64,000 nt of DNA, taken from assembly GCA_030704615.1 (NCBI GenBank), contig CM060734.1, forward strand, positions 29,202,001 through 29,266,000. Reading direction: 5' to 3'. This DNA is from Takakia lepidozioides (Eukaryota; Plantae; Bryophyta). The notes beneath the pieces are model-generated. The model ran no database searches. It saw only the letters and a program-made list of their open reading frames with translations, and was not told the DNA's origin. Made by a program: the position numbers and the translations under genes. Position 1 is the first letter of the stretch. Every line of letters begins with the position of its first letter. Of the stretch, positions 39,901 to 50,646 are shown one piece after another.

Positions 39901-40572
39901 ACTGGGAATTTGGCATAGTCGAGAGCAGCCAGCTCGGAGCGAGAACCATCGAGGTGATGTTGTCGTAGGAGCTGCACAATGGACCGGGTTGGAGTTATGC
40001 TCGAGGGCACATGCGTAGCACCTACAGAGACGTCCATGCCGGATTTGAACGACCGTGTGGAGGACATGGGTACCTCAATGCAATCATCTTCCTCGTCGGA
40101 AATGTCGAATACGTCCACACGAGAAGCTATGGAGGGTCTTGACGGTCCAGGTCGGGAATGATTATCGTTGCATACCTCTCTGTTGGCAGTGGCCGCCTCT
40201 CGGTTTCCGGACTCCTTTGTGGATGGTGTGGGCAGCGACTGATTCGGAAAGGGAATGGGCATTCCCACAGCTCGGTACAGGATGGTCTGACGGGGGAACG
40301 TGCCATTCGATTCCGCAACCTCCGTCGTTACCTAGCACGACAATGGTCTCGTCAACCTGTCCAGGAACATCCTTCCTTTCTTCTTCCAAATAAACTGTGC
40401 CCGGTTTGAGCTTGAATTTGGAACAAAGGTAAGTTTCAGTCACTCTGCAAAGTCCTCCCTCGTTTGGGATCCAGGCTCTCCCAAGTTGCGGAGGACAGCA
40501 AACTATAGCGTAGGAATTCGGAGCCATCGCACGGAGTTGGCAAGTGCGAGGTTCAGTATAGCGACAGACCAA
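36955..40572 (-). CDS. MULE transposase: GCM-like Zn domain, DDE core, SWIM finger; a few frameshifts, intron 38355-38437
   Basis: HDGHPWCVTKTS..CAGKLRCLNPTC..CAHC..CIHVGVHCHP; WVMFDHIK; GFMADNAQA; RSCGFHW (CxxH); PNTNMAESVH (catalytic E); YTITISELPTCNCTDF..CPCKHLYYV (SWIM). Start codon uncertain. Confidence 0.9.
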
Positions 40573-40936
40573 GGCTCACAGGCCCATGCGGAGTCCATCG
40601 ACGATTGGAAGTCGCACATTGAAGTGGAAAGTATTGTTTCAAGCTACATGCATGAAGGTGGGAGGTTTGATTCCATAGCCAGTGAGTATGACAATGATGG
40701 CCGATTCGGCGACGAAATAACATCTCCTGACAGTTTCTCCTGAGGGTGGATCCAGCAGTATTCTCGGTGCAGACAGGAACGTTCGCACTGACAAGTGCCA
40801 GGACTGCTGGTTAAAACGGTCAGACAACCAAGTTGTGCTCATCAAGACTGGCCGCAATTGTGTTGTTTCGGAACAATGCAACCCATTCAGGTTCCAGATT
40901 TCCCGTCCCGAGTGATTCTTTCGATTGCTGGTGGAC

Positions 40937-42605
40937 GGAAATACGGCGCCGCATTTCCGTATTGCATCTTGGTCATGCACCAGAGCGACGGAAATGCGGC
41001 ACCGAGTTTCCGTCCGGGGGAAACCTTTATACTCTCCAGAACGGAAATGCGGTAACGCATTTCCATCCAGCAAGCACGGTATGTGAAGGTGGAACGGAAA
41101 TGCGGTACCGCATTTCCGTTCTGATTGAGAATTATGAACAACGGGAACAGAAATGCGGCACCGCATTTCCGTCCGAGTCGCACTTTTCGACATTTCAGAA
41201 CGGAAAAGCGGCGCCGCATTTCCATTTTGTATCTGATGCATGGAGCTGAGGGATAGAAATGCTGCAGCACATTTCCGTCCTTAAAGACATTCACTCTCCA
41301 GAACGGAAATGCGGTACCGCATTTTCATTCAACAAGCACGGTATGTGAAGGTGGAACGGAAATGCGGTACCGCATTTCCGTTCTGATTGAGATTTACGGG
41401 AACAGAAATGCGGCACCGCATTTCCGTTCGCACTTTTCGACATTCCAGAAAGGAAATGCGGCGCCGCATTTCCATTTTGTATCTGATGCATGGAGCCGAG
41501 TGCGATTCCGACAGCTTCATACAGCGCAATTCCGACCGCTTGAGACATTCATACTATCCAGAACGGAAATGCGGCAACGCATTTCCGTTCTGACTGAAAA
41601 TCGTGAACCATCTGAACTAAATGCGGCACCGTATTTCCATCCGAGTCGCACCACCAACATTCCAGAACGGAAATGCGGTACCGCATTTCCGTTGACTGAA
41701 AATCGTGAACCGTCGGAACTGAAATGCGGCAACGCATTTCCATCCGAGTCGCACCAACATTCCAGAACGGAATGTATTAGATTCAAAAGGGAAATGCGGC
41801 ACCGCATTTCCGTTCTGATGAAATATCCTGAAACATCGGAACTGAAATGCGGTACCGCATTTCCGTCGGAGTCGCACCTTCCGACATTCCAAAACGGAAA
41901 TGCGGCGCCGCATTTCCGTTTTGTATGTGAGGCATGGAGCTGTGAACGAAAATGCGGCACGGCATTTCCGCCAGCGTCAGACGTTAATACTCTACAGAAC
42001 GGAAATGCGGTACCGCATTTCCATTCTGACTGAAAATCGTGCGCAACGGGAACAGAAATGCGGCACCGCATTTCCGTTCGAGTCGCACCTTCCGACATTC
42101 TAGAACGGAAATGCGGCGCCGCATTTCCGTTTTGTATTGGGCCTGGAGCTGTGCTACGGAAATGTGTGCCGCATTTCCATCCATGTGAGACCTTCAAAAC
42201 TTTCCAGACCGGAAATGCGGCACCGCATTTCTGTCCAGGTGAGACCTCTATACTTTCCCGAACGGAAATGTGGCACGGCATTTCCATTCAACTAACGGAT
42301 GTGAAGTGGGAACGGAAATGCGGTACCGCATTTCCGTTCACATTGAAAATCATGAACCACGGGGAAATGTTGTGCCTCATTCCGTCCCAATCGCACCTTT
42401 CGACATTCCAGAACGGAAATGCGGCGCCGCATTTCCCTTTTGAATCTCATACTTGGAGCTGTGGGACGGAAATGCGGCACCGTATTTCCGTTCAACAACT
42501 AAGGTATGTGAAGGTGGAACGGAAATGCGGTGCCGCATTTCTTCCAACAAGTACGGATGTGTAGCAGAGTGATGGTACTTAACGGAAATGCGGCGCCGCA
42601 TTCGC
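40937..42605. repeat. Array of ~30 palindromes GGAAATGCGG-YR-CCGCATTTCC with ~53-bp period between the two divergent genes
   Basis: Copies at e.g. 40937, 40989, 41042, 41095, 41150, 41201 ... 42414, 42468, 42520, 42583. Spacer types recur in higher-order blocks. Confidence 0.95.
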
Positions 42606-43037
42606 ATTTTCGCTCCAACATCAGACGCTGGGACGGAAATGCCTTGAAATGTGAACACGTGGAGCAACGGAATTGCTGCACATGTCGGCACTCTATCTGA
42701 CTGAAGGGGCATGAGGCGCGCGGCCTGACCGTTCGATAATGATGTTTGTTTTTCGGACGGCAGGCGTACCCTCAACGATTCGAATTTCGTAATGACGCAA
42801 ACTCCCGAGGAGACACTTTCGTCCAACCCTTTCGAACCCAAGTGGTGCATCACCGCCGTTTCATCTACTTTTGTCGTGTCTCCTCAGTCACCCCTCTCGC
42901 GCCCTTTCCATCTGCACTCTTTGCCCCTTTTCCCTCTCTCTGTTCTTCTTATGCTCGAACCTGAGAGGGGGGGAGTTCGTGCACCAGACAGGAGACCTCG
43001 TCGCAAGCTCCGGAAATTATACTTCGGACGTAGGCCA

Positions 43038-46000
43038 ATGCCGAAGGGGAGGAAGCAGATGCGTCTACAGGAGGAGATTGCCATCTCCGAGCAGCAGGCC
43101 ACTCAGGCAACCCAGCCACCAGTGAGAGCTCCATGCGATCGGGCTGCGCGCAGCTGATCGAGCACCGAACCCCCATTTTGCTTCTGTAATTCTTAGACTG
43201 AATGCTAGGAGACTTGAATGCAGAACATGTTTGCATGCCTAACAGGAAAGGTGGACGTGCTGGAGGGATCGCAGGAATCCGAAGAGCCGCAGGAAGAGTC
43301 CGAGGAGCTAGCTGCAGCACGTACACCCACCCGATCCCGAGCGCGGGTATTCCTGCCGGGCCTAGCCTCTGCGATTCAAAGACGCGTCTTCGAAGGGCAA
43401 GTTCAAAGTCCCAGAGATCGACTCGCGTTCTTCGGTCATGGAGAATCGCCAGCAGGGGTCGGGCCCTTCTCCAGCAAAGTCGAAGAAGAAGCAGCCCGTC
43501 CCTCTACTGGCTTCTGAACCGGCTCAGGATTCACCCCCCCAACGCGAATGAAGCAGCAGGGTAGAAGACAGATTCAATTGCAGCAGACACCTTCACCTGC
43601 AAGGATGAGGAAGCAGAAGGCAATCAGGGCGACGGGCGAACAATCTCCCGCAAAACCGCTTCCACGAGCTGAAGCTCAGTTCCTGGAGGATTTCCCGCCT
43701 GCAGATGTTGGGGCCGACTCTGCTGCAGCGAAGGCAATGGGATCGACCGTTGATCTCGATTTGGTACCGGAGGAGGGTGCTGCCGCTCAACGTTCGCAGC
43801 AAGACCTCACCACCGATGAGCAAGCAGGCCCGGAGGAGGCCTCTGCAATGGCAGAATTGCCCGCAGACAGGCCCCAGAGTGCAGCTCCAGTTGAGGATGC
43901 TCCAGCTGCTCAGCCACTACCGGCACCTACAGACATGTCTCCGGAGGATTTCAAAAGTGCAGCGGATAAAATGTTGGAGGAGACACACAGTAGCATTGGC
44001 AGAGTTCTGGGCAGCAGGGTATTCCAGCGGACTCTTCGAATCCCACTCTGTCGCATGGTCTCCCTTCCCATCGTCAGGCAGGCCCTTCCCGGAGATGTGG
44101 ATAAGCTCAAGTTCGCATTTCGAGAAGGGTACCGTCTGGGATCGGCAGCGTTTTACGTTTCCATTGAGAATGAGGACGGCGAAACTCGTGGACCCACTGC
44201 CGATGAATTGTCAACGTGGGATACCCACTGGCACACTCGCAACCACGAATTCGAGGCGACGCTGAAGGGTGATCCCGACTTCGGCCATATGTCGGGTAAA
44301 ATGTTCTTTGTGTGGGACGGGAATCACCGACTTCTCGCCTGGTGGGAGTACATCAAGCAGAACCATGCCAAGCACATTGGCTGGCATTACATGGTGGAGT
44401 GTGTCATCCTCAAGGTGAAGGCGGCAGACTCCTCCCTGCTCAAGAATGCCATGGCGGACCTCAACTCGTAAGATACTCATACCCCCCTAGCACGTTCGAA
44501 ATGCGGTGCCGCATTTCGGTTTCCATTCTGGTTTTCCGTGCTTCCGTGTACTGAACTGGAGAGTGTGCCTTGCAGGGTCACTGAGAATGCGTACGTGCAT
44601 ACCCACATGGCACATATGCTGTACAGGGTGAGGAAAACTGGTCTCACTGATCCGCAGATGTTTGCGGAAATGCTGGAGCCCGAGCTCATTCAGAAAGCCG
44701 TTGCAAAAACAGACCGGACATGGTATCGTCTCACTATGGATGGAATGGTGGAGGTGATATACGAAGTAAGTCGTCCTCCAATTTCCCTCTGCTCATCCTT
44801 CCCCAATTTTCAGTAATGTTTCCACATGAATCGAATGTAACGCTTCTGCATGTTTTTGTTGGCAGTCAAACATCAAGCTGGATTTGGCCCATGCCAAACG
44901 CTTCTTCATGGAAAGTGAGGGGCAGGTCAAAACGTTGCAGTCATTGACTGAGCACTTGAAGGAAGCCGGTGTCAAGTCCAGAACCAAATACAAGTCAAAG
45001 CTTGTGAAGCTGGTGGCAATTGCAGATCCGGCACTTGGAAAGGACTTCATCCCCGAGATTGCAAAACACTATTCTCGGGCCATGCAGCCGACCATGCAAT
45101 TGGAGAAACTGCATCACCTCTCAACGGCATGTGTGGAGGCGAAAGAGAAGGTGAGGTTTCAATGCACTGAAGTTCCTTCCTAGCAATAGCCACTCTCTTC
45201 CAGCTCCTGACATTGGATCGGAAATGGCAGACACGGTGGCTGTCGATCTGGAATGCATCCGAGAGCATAAGGACAATGTGGTCTTTTCCACTGGAAGTTT
45301 CCGACCCTGCAGTGGATGTGTGGCTCAACCGCATGACTTGGTGGTTCCAGGTAATTCAAGGTACTTCCCCAGATTTGCTTTTCTGACATGAATTCCCTGA
45401 ACTGCTACGTGACAATGCATTTGGGAATCGCAGGTAATGTCGAATGCGAAGGAGCAAGTCGTAATGCACACAAATTCGTTCGGCTTGTACGTCAAATGGG
45501 ATGGAACACAGACATTGGAAGACTACGTGACACGTTTCAGATGTGCGTACAAGGACAACCTTTTCGCCAGAGAGCTACAGACAGCAAGAAGGAGCGTGGA
45601 GTTTACACATCAGGAGGGAGCGGGGAAAGCTGCAATGCGAATTGTTTACAGGTGAAGCACAGCTGCCCTTGTATGCGAAGCCTGGTTACGAGGTTTGTCT
45701 CGGAAATGCGGCACCGCATTCGCATTTTATGTTTTCGGTGGCACTCTGCCAGTAGGTTGGTCTCAAGTTTTGCTCACGCATGCTGACTGCCTTGCAGGTA
45801 TATGAAATACGTGCTCCTTCAGACAGGGGCCCTGGCTCAAGAGCCCCCGTTCTTCATGGCTTGGACCGTGGCGGGCCCAAGCTGTGTCTACACACCCGAG
45901 ATGCAGAAACAATGGCATCCCGCGCATCTCGTTGGATGCCCGTGGTACCTGGACATGTCTGGCGGTATTGTTGACGAGTCTGAGAAAGATCTGCACGCCT

Positions 46001-48146
46001 TGGCAGAAGAGAAGAGAAAGGAAAGACGTGTCCCTGCTGGGCCAAAGTCGGCAAAGGAATCTGCTGCTCTGGAAGAATCCAGAAAGGCAGCTGAGATGGC
46101 ACAAAAGACGGTGGATGCAGCTGTGCAGGCCCAACAGAAGGGGTCGAAGAAGAGGACTCGCCAGCAAGGAGCAGCTGTTGTGACACCCGCCAAAACGAAG
46201 AAGCAGAAACAGCCTGTTCAGGAAGAGGGTGAGGAAGAGGACTCCGATGGAGACTTTGCAACCAGCCCACCCCCCAAACGCAGGCTGCCTCCCCTGTGCC
46301 CACCGTTGTCACGAGAGGCACGAGAACTGGCTCGGCAAAGAAGGCACTCTTCAACCCCCAGGGGGGCACCCTTTCGAGCCGGTGGAAATGAAGAGGCCGA
46401 AAGTGGCTCCCGAAACTGTAGTCCAGTGTGTAAATGAGAGTTTCTTGGCGGCTTTGGATGGACGGGCAGCCAAGTTGGCATACATGAAGACCATGGAGGG
46501 TCTGAAGGGCAGAGCACTGAAGAAGGCGACTGCCGAAGAGCCTTCCGACACCCCAGGATTTCAGAATATGGTCTCGTTCTTTGAGAGGGTGTGTGCAGAC
46601 AAGGATTGTAGGAGGGGCGGAAATGCCACCGAGTGGTCTTGCGATATGATCATCTTGGATATTCCGGACGGAGAGCCTGTGGAAGGACTGCAAGCTTTGC
46701 CATCTTGGAACAGGTACTCGGAGGACTTTTGGAAGAAAGGATTCGGGCTTGCCCGCATGGTGTTGGACGACAGAGGCTGTGTGGTTGTCCTGGCGAGCAG
46801 AGGAAAAAACACTCAGACAGGAATTGCGAAGTGGACCCGCAAGAGCGCCGTCCCGATTCTGAAAAAGAAGTGGACGTGCATCAACACACTGGGCCTTCGG
46901 TCGGAAGGGAAGAAGGTGATTACGACACTGGCACTCGTCCATTCATTTGCTTGGGTGTTTTCAAATGCGGTGCCGCATTCGGTTTCTAATCGTTTTCCCC
47001 CTGTGTATGCAGACGAAGCAGTTCGATGCATACTGCTTTGTGAAGGAGAACTCCACCTTTGCTTTCCGGAAGGAGGGAGGAAAGGTTGACCCGAACTGCG
47101 ACCCACTCGATTACGACGTTCTGTTCAACAACGTTCCCAAGGAACTTCTCCCTCATAGCCTCACTTCAACGGAACCCCTGCGGTACTCACGGACTCGGAG
47201 CCCTGCCTTCATTCAGACAATTATGGAGACATGCACAGACGTGGAGGGCACAGTGCTCGACCTCATCTGTGGGACAGGTATGCAGAATCTTGATCTCTGC
47301 TGTTCTGCAAATTCTCGTTAGGATGTAGTTCGCAACATCTGAAGCGCCATGTGGTAATGTGTGGATGGCATTGTAACAGGTGCCTCAATGTGGGCTGGGC
47401 GGTTTTCCGACCGGCACCTCTTTGCCTACGAGGAGGATTCATCCGTGTGGGGATCCCATCTGGAGGGGCTGCAACGGAATGTGAAGGCTCCCGACAGAGC
47501 GGAAGTCTCCTCGGATTCGTCGGAGTCCGAGGAAGACACAGTGGACATTGATGCGGAGGAGAACCCGGAATACGAGTGAGTGCAAACATTGTAAGTTTGC
47601 AAAGCCTTCTGGGTCATTTATGTCAAACGAATTTCCCGACTGTGGTTCTCATTAGTCTCGTTGATGATTGTCATGTGCAGGATTGCAGGGTCCGGGTCGA
47701 AACATGTAGGGCCTACACTTCCTGCCAGGAAGAATGTCCCGTTCTTTGCGAGGGCCGACTTCATGACGAGCCCGGTGAGGGACTACTCCCTTCCTAGTTA
47801 TGCAGCTAAACTCGCAAATACAGCGATTAGAAGAAGTGAGAATCCCAGTAAAGTAGAGCAGATTTTGGAGAGGGCTAGGGAGGACAGAAGGATAAGGAAA
47901 GAGTTGGCAGCTCAGACAGGTAGACGGGTACGAAAGTACATATGTGATTCAGCGGATGAGAGCGACGCAGACAGGGAGGAAGACGACCCAACGGAGGTGA
48001 GATGGACAGTTCCGCAAGGGGAAGATGGGATTTTCGAAAGCCTGGCCAACGAGCAGTCCGCTGGAGATGAGAGAGGCACTGAGGGGGTGGAGGAGGAGCA
48101 GGACAGTCTAGAACAGGATGAGGATTCGGATGATTTTCAAGATTAA
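43038..48146 (+). CDS. Multi-exon ParB/Srx-like plus beta-class amino DNA methyltransferase-fold protein (element B)
   Basis: Exons approx. ..-44468, 44575-44766, 44866-45150, 45203-45350, 45434-45651, 45798-46915 (one frameshift ~46340), 47013-47277, 47379-47575, 47681-48146. IPLCRMVSLP..FYVS..MFFVWDGNHRLLAW (44301-44342); DMIILDIPDG (~46643-46672); RSPAFIQTIMETCTDVEGTVLDLICGTG|ASMWAGRFSDRHLFAYEED. Start uncertain. Confidence 0.82.
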
Positions 48147-48283
48147 TAGAATTTTAATGAAGTCTCTGTAAATGTAAATTCTCTTCCAGAGTATATAAAG
48201 GAAATTCTGCCCGACATTCGTGACCCCTCTCCAGTGTGCATTCCAGCCACACAATCGCCCAAACCACGACGCTCCCAAAATCA

Positions 48284-48970
48284 GAAATGGGGCACCGCAT
48301 TTCCAAAACAACTCTAAGAACCTCTTTTGGAAATGCGGCACCGCATTTCCAAAACAGGGGAGGGACTAATTTTCCATTTCAATGTTGGCATAGTAAAAAG
48401 TAATCTGAATTGGAATGCGGTGCCGCATTTCCAAAATTTCCTTTGTCCACACGCCAGTTTTGGCCTCTCCCGCTCATTGCATGGATGCCACCACGCTTAC
48501 AGAGGTCGAACAACGAGGTCGAACAAGGAGGTCGACATGGGGATTGAAAATGCGGTGCCGCATTTCAGTATTGGGGATGGTCGTTGTTCGAACTGCAGGC
48601 CCATCAGCAAAAATTGGCACCGCATTCCATTGTAAAAAAAAAGTCGATGACGGACATGGAAATGCGGCGCCGCATTTCCAGAACGGACATCGCAATTTGT
48701 CATTTGCAGACCCTCTCTCGGAAATGCGGTAACGCATTCCATCGCGCTGGTCGGAAATGTCACACTTTTCGAAGTGTTGACGGAAATGCGGCACCGCATT
48801 CCCTTGTCCAAAAAGAAGTTTCCATTGCCAAGCTGGAAATGCGTCGCCGCATTTGCAATGCCAACCTCGTTTTTGATCAATTTATAGACCCGTGTTGGTA
48901 TTTCGTGTACCTGGACGGAAATGATGCACCGCATTTTCGATCGACATGGAAATGCGGTGCCGCATTTCGA
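48284..48970. repeat. Second array (~11 copies) of the element B palindrome, 3' of the ParB-MTase gene
   Basis: Copies near 48284, 48329, 48412, 48547, 48611, 48658, 48719, 48781, 48835, 48916 and 48948; one more at ~49355. Confidence 0.9.
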
Positions 48971-50559
48971 TGACATGACGTTACTCTGGTATATTCTTGA
49001 CACATGACTCACATACCGGTTACTCTGTCCGGACAGACAAATTGTAGAAATGAGACATCAAATTGTAAACAGTGGGCCAATCCGAGAGAGTAGCGGAGTA
49101 CGCTCATGACAGCAGCTCCCGGATGGAGGAGGAGCAGGTGGCTGGAAAAAGTTCAAGCTAACGCTGCAATTCCTCACAAACACTCCAGGGCACATTTAAA
49201 TTTCCCCCCCTACAGGATCCTGGACCGATGAAGATTGGCTGCTGCATGAATGTAGCCGTTTCAGTTTCCTACCCTGCCATGCAAACTATGGGCAGTCACT
49301 GCCAGGTGGGCCGATAGCCACTGGACACGACGAAGTCCATCCCCTCTTCGATGTAAATGCGGCGCCGAATTTCCATCCGGGGGGATGGACTTCGGTGGCA
49401 GATCTCAAACTATAACTTGTTGATGAGAAAGATGTATGGGTTCATCCACCGCTGGCGTGATGAACACGTTCCACCTCCGTCGGTGGGTACGTGTGACCCA
49501 GATGCCATTATTGGAGGCCGGACTGCTCTTCCGCTTCGTATCATTTCCAAAATCTAAGGGCTTCGTAGCTGTCCGCAAGGTCATCGGCATCCAAGTCGTC
49601 CTCAGGTCCTCCTTTGCAAGGATGCCGTGCTTCCGGAACCGGGACGACTGCCCCTTTGGAGGCATCGATTATGCAATGTATTCGGCCACATCGGGAGACA
49701 TTGTTATCTGGTACACAGATTACACAGAAGATACTGGTTCGATTGTGGAAACATTGGTGGCTTTTGAGTATATCGTAGGCCACTACGCCTTCGAGGGGGT
49801 GACGATCTTGGTTGAGGAGTCCGTGGCTCCTGCGCATCCTCGATTCCGATTTTCCCAGCTACGACGGTCACCCATGCAGAAGAAGGCGCACTGCTATGCT
49901 GTTGCGGTGGAACTGCTGCCACTGGACGTGGGTGGACTCCATCGGAGAGACCTATTCTCCTCGAGGAGTGCGCTCCTCTTCTCCATTGTATGGGGACATT
50001 CGCATTGGTGTGGACGACGAAAACGTGAAGATTTCCATATTCGATGGTGGTATGATTGAAGGGCAGGACATTGTGGTGAAACATCACTAGGGGCGGTACA
50101 ACGGCTGCAATCGACTTTACATGGAGGAGCCCCAGGACTCATGAGCTAGTTCTGAGAGCAGTCGAAGTCCCATTGACAACGTGACTTGTATTCAGTAGGC
50201 ACAGGGCTCAAGATTTGAGGGCACAATCAGCACAGTAGACGTGCTTCAAATGCAATTCATGTGGATCAATAAAAACCTCATTGTGCCCTCTTTTTATTCT
50301 ATTCTGTGTCCATTGTTCCGAGAATGCGTCATTGCTCATTTCGTTTGGGATTGGGAGTGTGGGTGGATTTTGCAAATGGCTGGTAGGCTGAAATGGGCCC
50401 CCATTGTACAGAGCAGTACCACCCTACCATTCGCGAAACATTGCCTTTCAATATATAATTCTAAAACATTGCCGAACCTCCTTCATCGGGAGGTCCTTCT
50501 CCCCCTATGACCGTGGCACCCTAAACCCTATTCCCGCGGACACTCATTTCCGGAAAATA

Positions 50560-50646
50560 GTGCTGCTCATGTTTTTCCACACTTACGACTCTGCTCATGG
50601 CTCATGCCGCTCATGGCTCATGGCTCATGAAATAGCAGCCCCCCAA
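50560..50646 (-). repeat. Right imperfect TIR of element B
   Basis: Reverse complement reads ttggggggctg-ctatttcatgagc-catgagc...agtcgtaag. Confidence 0.85.

Larger units (their letters stand above)
36104..50646. mobile_element. Element B: complete ~14.5-kb MULE-like transposon with transposase, ParB-methyltransferase gene and palindrome arrays
   Basis: Interrupts the satellite precisely (ctactcccc|element|ccccgccaaaa). Imperfect TIRs with CTATTTCATGAGC 11 nt from each end, followed by CATGAGC repeats. Confidence 0.9.

Noticed and set aside
40937-42605. CRISPR array (palindromic ~24-bp repeat with ~29-bp spacers)
   Set aside because: Spacers recur in higher-order blocks and are related to each other, repeats are degenerate and also dispersed in introns, no cas genes are present, and the context is eukaryotic.
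40639-42853. Many repetitive ORFs (RKCGTAFP / EMRHRISV / GNAAPHF)
   Set aside because: They are translations of the palindrome array in all six frames, not proteins.
43038-48146. Bacterial contamination or a restriction-modification/partition operon
   Set aside because: The gene has multiple conserved GT-AG introns, sits within TIRs inside a plant-type satellite, and no parA or restriction endonuclease is seen.
50518-50531. Telomeric repeat (ccctaaacccta)
   Set aside because: Fewer than two units; at most a telo-box.
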